Positions 63,701 to 64,000 of a DNA stretch of 64,000 bases are shown one piece after another. The stretch comes from an uncultured Aliarcobacter sp. (GTDB taxonomy: Bacteria > Campylobacterota > Campylobacteria > Campylobacterales > Arcobacteraceae): the NCBI GenBank assembly GCA_963664305.2, contig CAXXLV010000001.1, positions 928,001-992,000 of the forward strand, written 5' to 3'. The position numbers and the translations under genes are program-made. How positions within the stretch are numbered: position 1 is the stretch's first letter; the number at the start of each line of letters is the position of its first letter. The notes under the pieces are model-generated. The model was not told the DNA's origin and did not search any database. It worked only from the letters and a program-made list of their open reading frames with translations.

Positions 63701-64000
63701 TAGTGGTAAAGCAATTGATGGAACAGACTTCACAGGAGTAGCAAGTGTAGTAATTCCAAAAGGTGAAACATCAGCAACATTCAATATTGCAACAATAGAT
63801 GATAACATAGCAGAGGGTGCTGAGGACTTTACAGTTACAATTAATACTATCACAAATGGTGGATTAGAAGATGTAAGAGTAGACTCTACAAAATCATCAG
63901 TAACAACAACAATCACAGATGAAACAGTACCAACAGACCCAGATACACAAACAGCATATGTAAGTATCGAAGGACCAACATCTGTAGTTGAAGGTAATAC
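60735..64000 (+). CDS. Giant repetitive T1SS adhesin (LapA/Bap-like), truncated by window end
   Basis: Not in ORF track (no stop). GGAG SD, ATG 60735: MKLTIKSEGQSKVVDL...LVETLDAAAAGGDQG..., followed by Calx-beta/Ig-like 122-aa repeats; no signal peptide; directly downstream of the T1SS. Confidence 0.9.
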   Translation, partial: MKLTIKSEGQSKVVDLDKDLQFNVSKGEQYIFSNGFTSYVLNFKDNQQSVELTFKVDGKTIKVDLKGIVPLLQENIDGIENPTLVIINKNANEKDVDNIVENDTFNGSEIIDRLEALISNPVDLGANASDKLAIISDFQSLVETLDAAAAGGDQGNNTTANGSTFNSIFGTIEDSLNGIADSAVWENLTESISTIPVETGNTVATTEVVDVITNVNVKLVGVNTAVTEGESATYKVTLTDDAGNPVVTTQDMVITFTYTYITASGEDITEVNSVIIPAGQSEITFPIATIDDNLIENDESFNISIDTVSNQEQFDSVTIDNTPVTTTITDETVPTDPDTQTAYVSIEGPTSVVEGNTTTPYTVSVTQAPESDLTVTFTYSGKAIDGTDFTGVASVVIPKGETSATFNIATIDDNIAEGAEDFTVTINTITNGGLEDVRVDSTKSSVTTTITDETVPTDPDTQTAYVSIEGPTSVVEGNTTTPYTVSVTQAPESDLTVTFTYSGKAIDGTDFTGVASVVIPKGETSATFNIATIDDNIAEGAEDFTVTINTITNGGLEDVRVDSTKSSVTTTITDETVPTDPDTQTAYVSIEGPTSVVEGNTTTPYTVSVTQAPESDLTVTFTYSGKAIDGTDFTGVASVVIPKGETSATFNIATIDDNIAEGAEDFTVTINTITNGGLEDVRVDSTKSSVTTTITDETVPTDPDTQTAYVSIEGPTSVVEGNTTTPYTVSVTQAPESDLTVTFTYSGKAIDGTDFTGVASVVIPKGETSATFNIATIDDNIAEGAEDFTVTINTITNGGLEDVRVDSTKSSVTTTITDETVPTDPDTQTAYVSIEGPTSVVEGNTTTPYTVSVTQAPESDLTVTFTYSGKAIDGTDFTGVASVVIPKGETSATFNIATIDDNIAEGAEDFTVTINTITNGGLEDVRVDSTKSSVTTTITDETVPTDPDTQTAYVSIEGPTSVVEGNTTTPYTVSVTQAPESDLTVTFTYSGKAIDGTDFTGVASVVIPKGETSATFNIATIDDNIAEGAEDFTVTINTITNGGLEDVRVDSTKSSVTTTITDETVPTDPDTQTAYVSIEGPTSVVEGN
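61702..64000 (+). repeat. Tandem array of 366-bp (122-aa) repeats, 6 full copies + 103 bp
   Basis: Units start at 61702, 62068, 62434, 62800, 63166, 63532, 63898; unit VTTTITDETVPTDPDTQTAYVSIEGPTSVVEG...ATIDDNIAEGAEDFTVTINTITNGGLEDVRVDSTKSS. Confidence 0.97.

Noticed and set aside
61832..63916. Five identical 117-aa ORFs and one 84-aa ORF on the minus strand
   Set aside because: Antisense shadows of the adhesin repeat; the + frame is open from an SD-led ATG at 60735.
61702..64000. Possible CRISPR array
   Set aside because: Units are 366 bp, in frame and contiguous, with no unique spacers; no cas genes.

Overview
AT-rich bacterial chromosome segment. Gene content and protein style point to Campylobacterota, most likely Arcobacteraceae (inferred, no database search). 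Mostly core genes: porCDAB, rplM-rpsI, a full Pho/Pst locus, prfA, rpsT, glmM-lspA, leuC-mobA, thrS-infC, rpmI-rplT, cdsA-dxr, tsaD, nnr-cutA-thiG, seven tRNAs and oadGAB. Accessory modules: (i) an EAL-CBS-GGDEF gene between pstS and pstC, whose stop codon is part of a second Pho-box-like repeat; (ii) a Tat-exported SQR-like flavoprotein with a triple rhodanese; (iii) a cytochrome c-like protein lacking CXXCH beside a DUF3373-type outer-membrane barrel; (iv) chromosomal TraT plus a second lipoprotein; (v) a Tyr/His/Arg-rich secreted protein and a divergent L/F-transferase-like gene; (vi) a SauUSI-like PLD-helicase; (vii) a two-component system divergent from a LapE/B/C-like type I secretion system and a giant LapA-like adhesin with 6.3 apparently identical 366-bp repeats running off the window end. 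The best candidate system is a phosphate -> c-di-GMP -> adhesin circuit analogous to Pseudomonas Pho/RapA/LapA; the link is inference and LapD/LapG are not in the window. No CRISPR, rRNA, integrase or transposase was seen.
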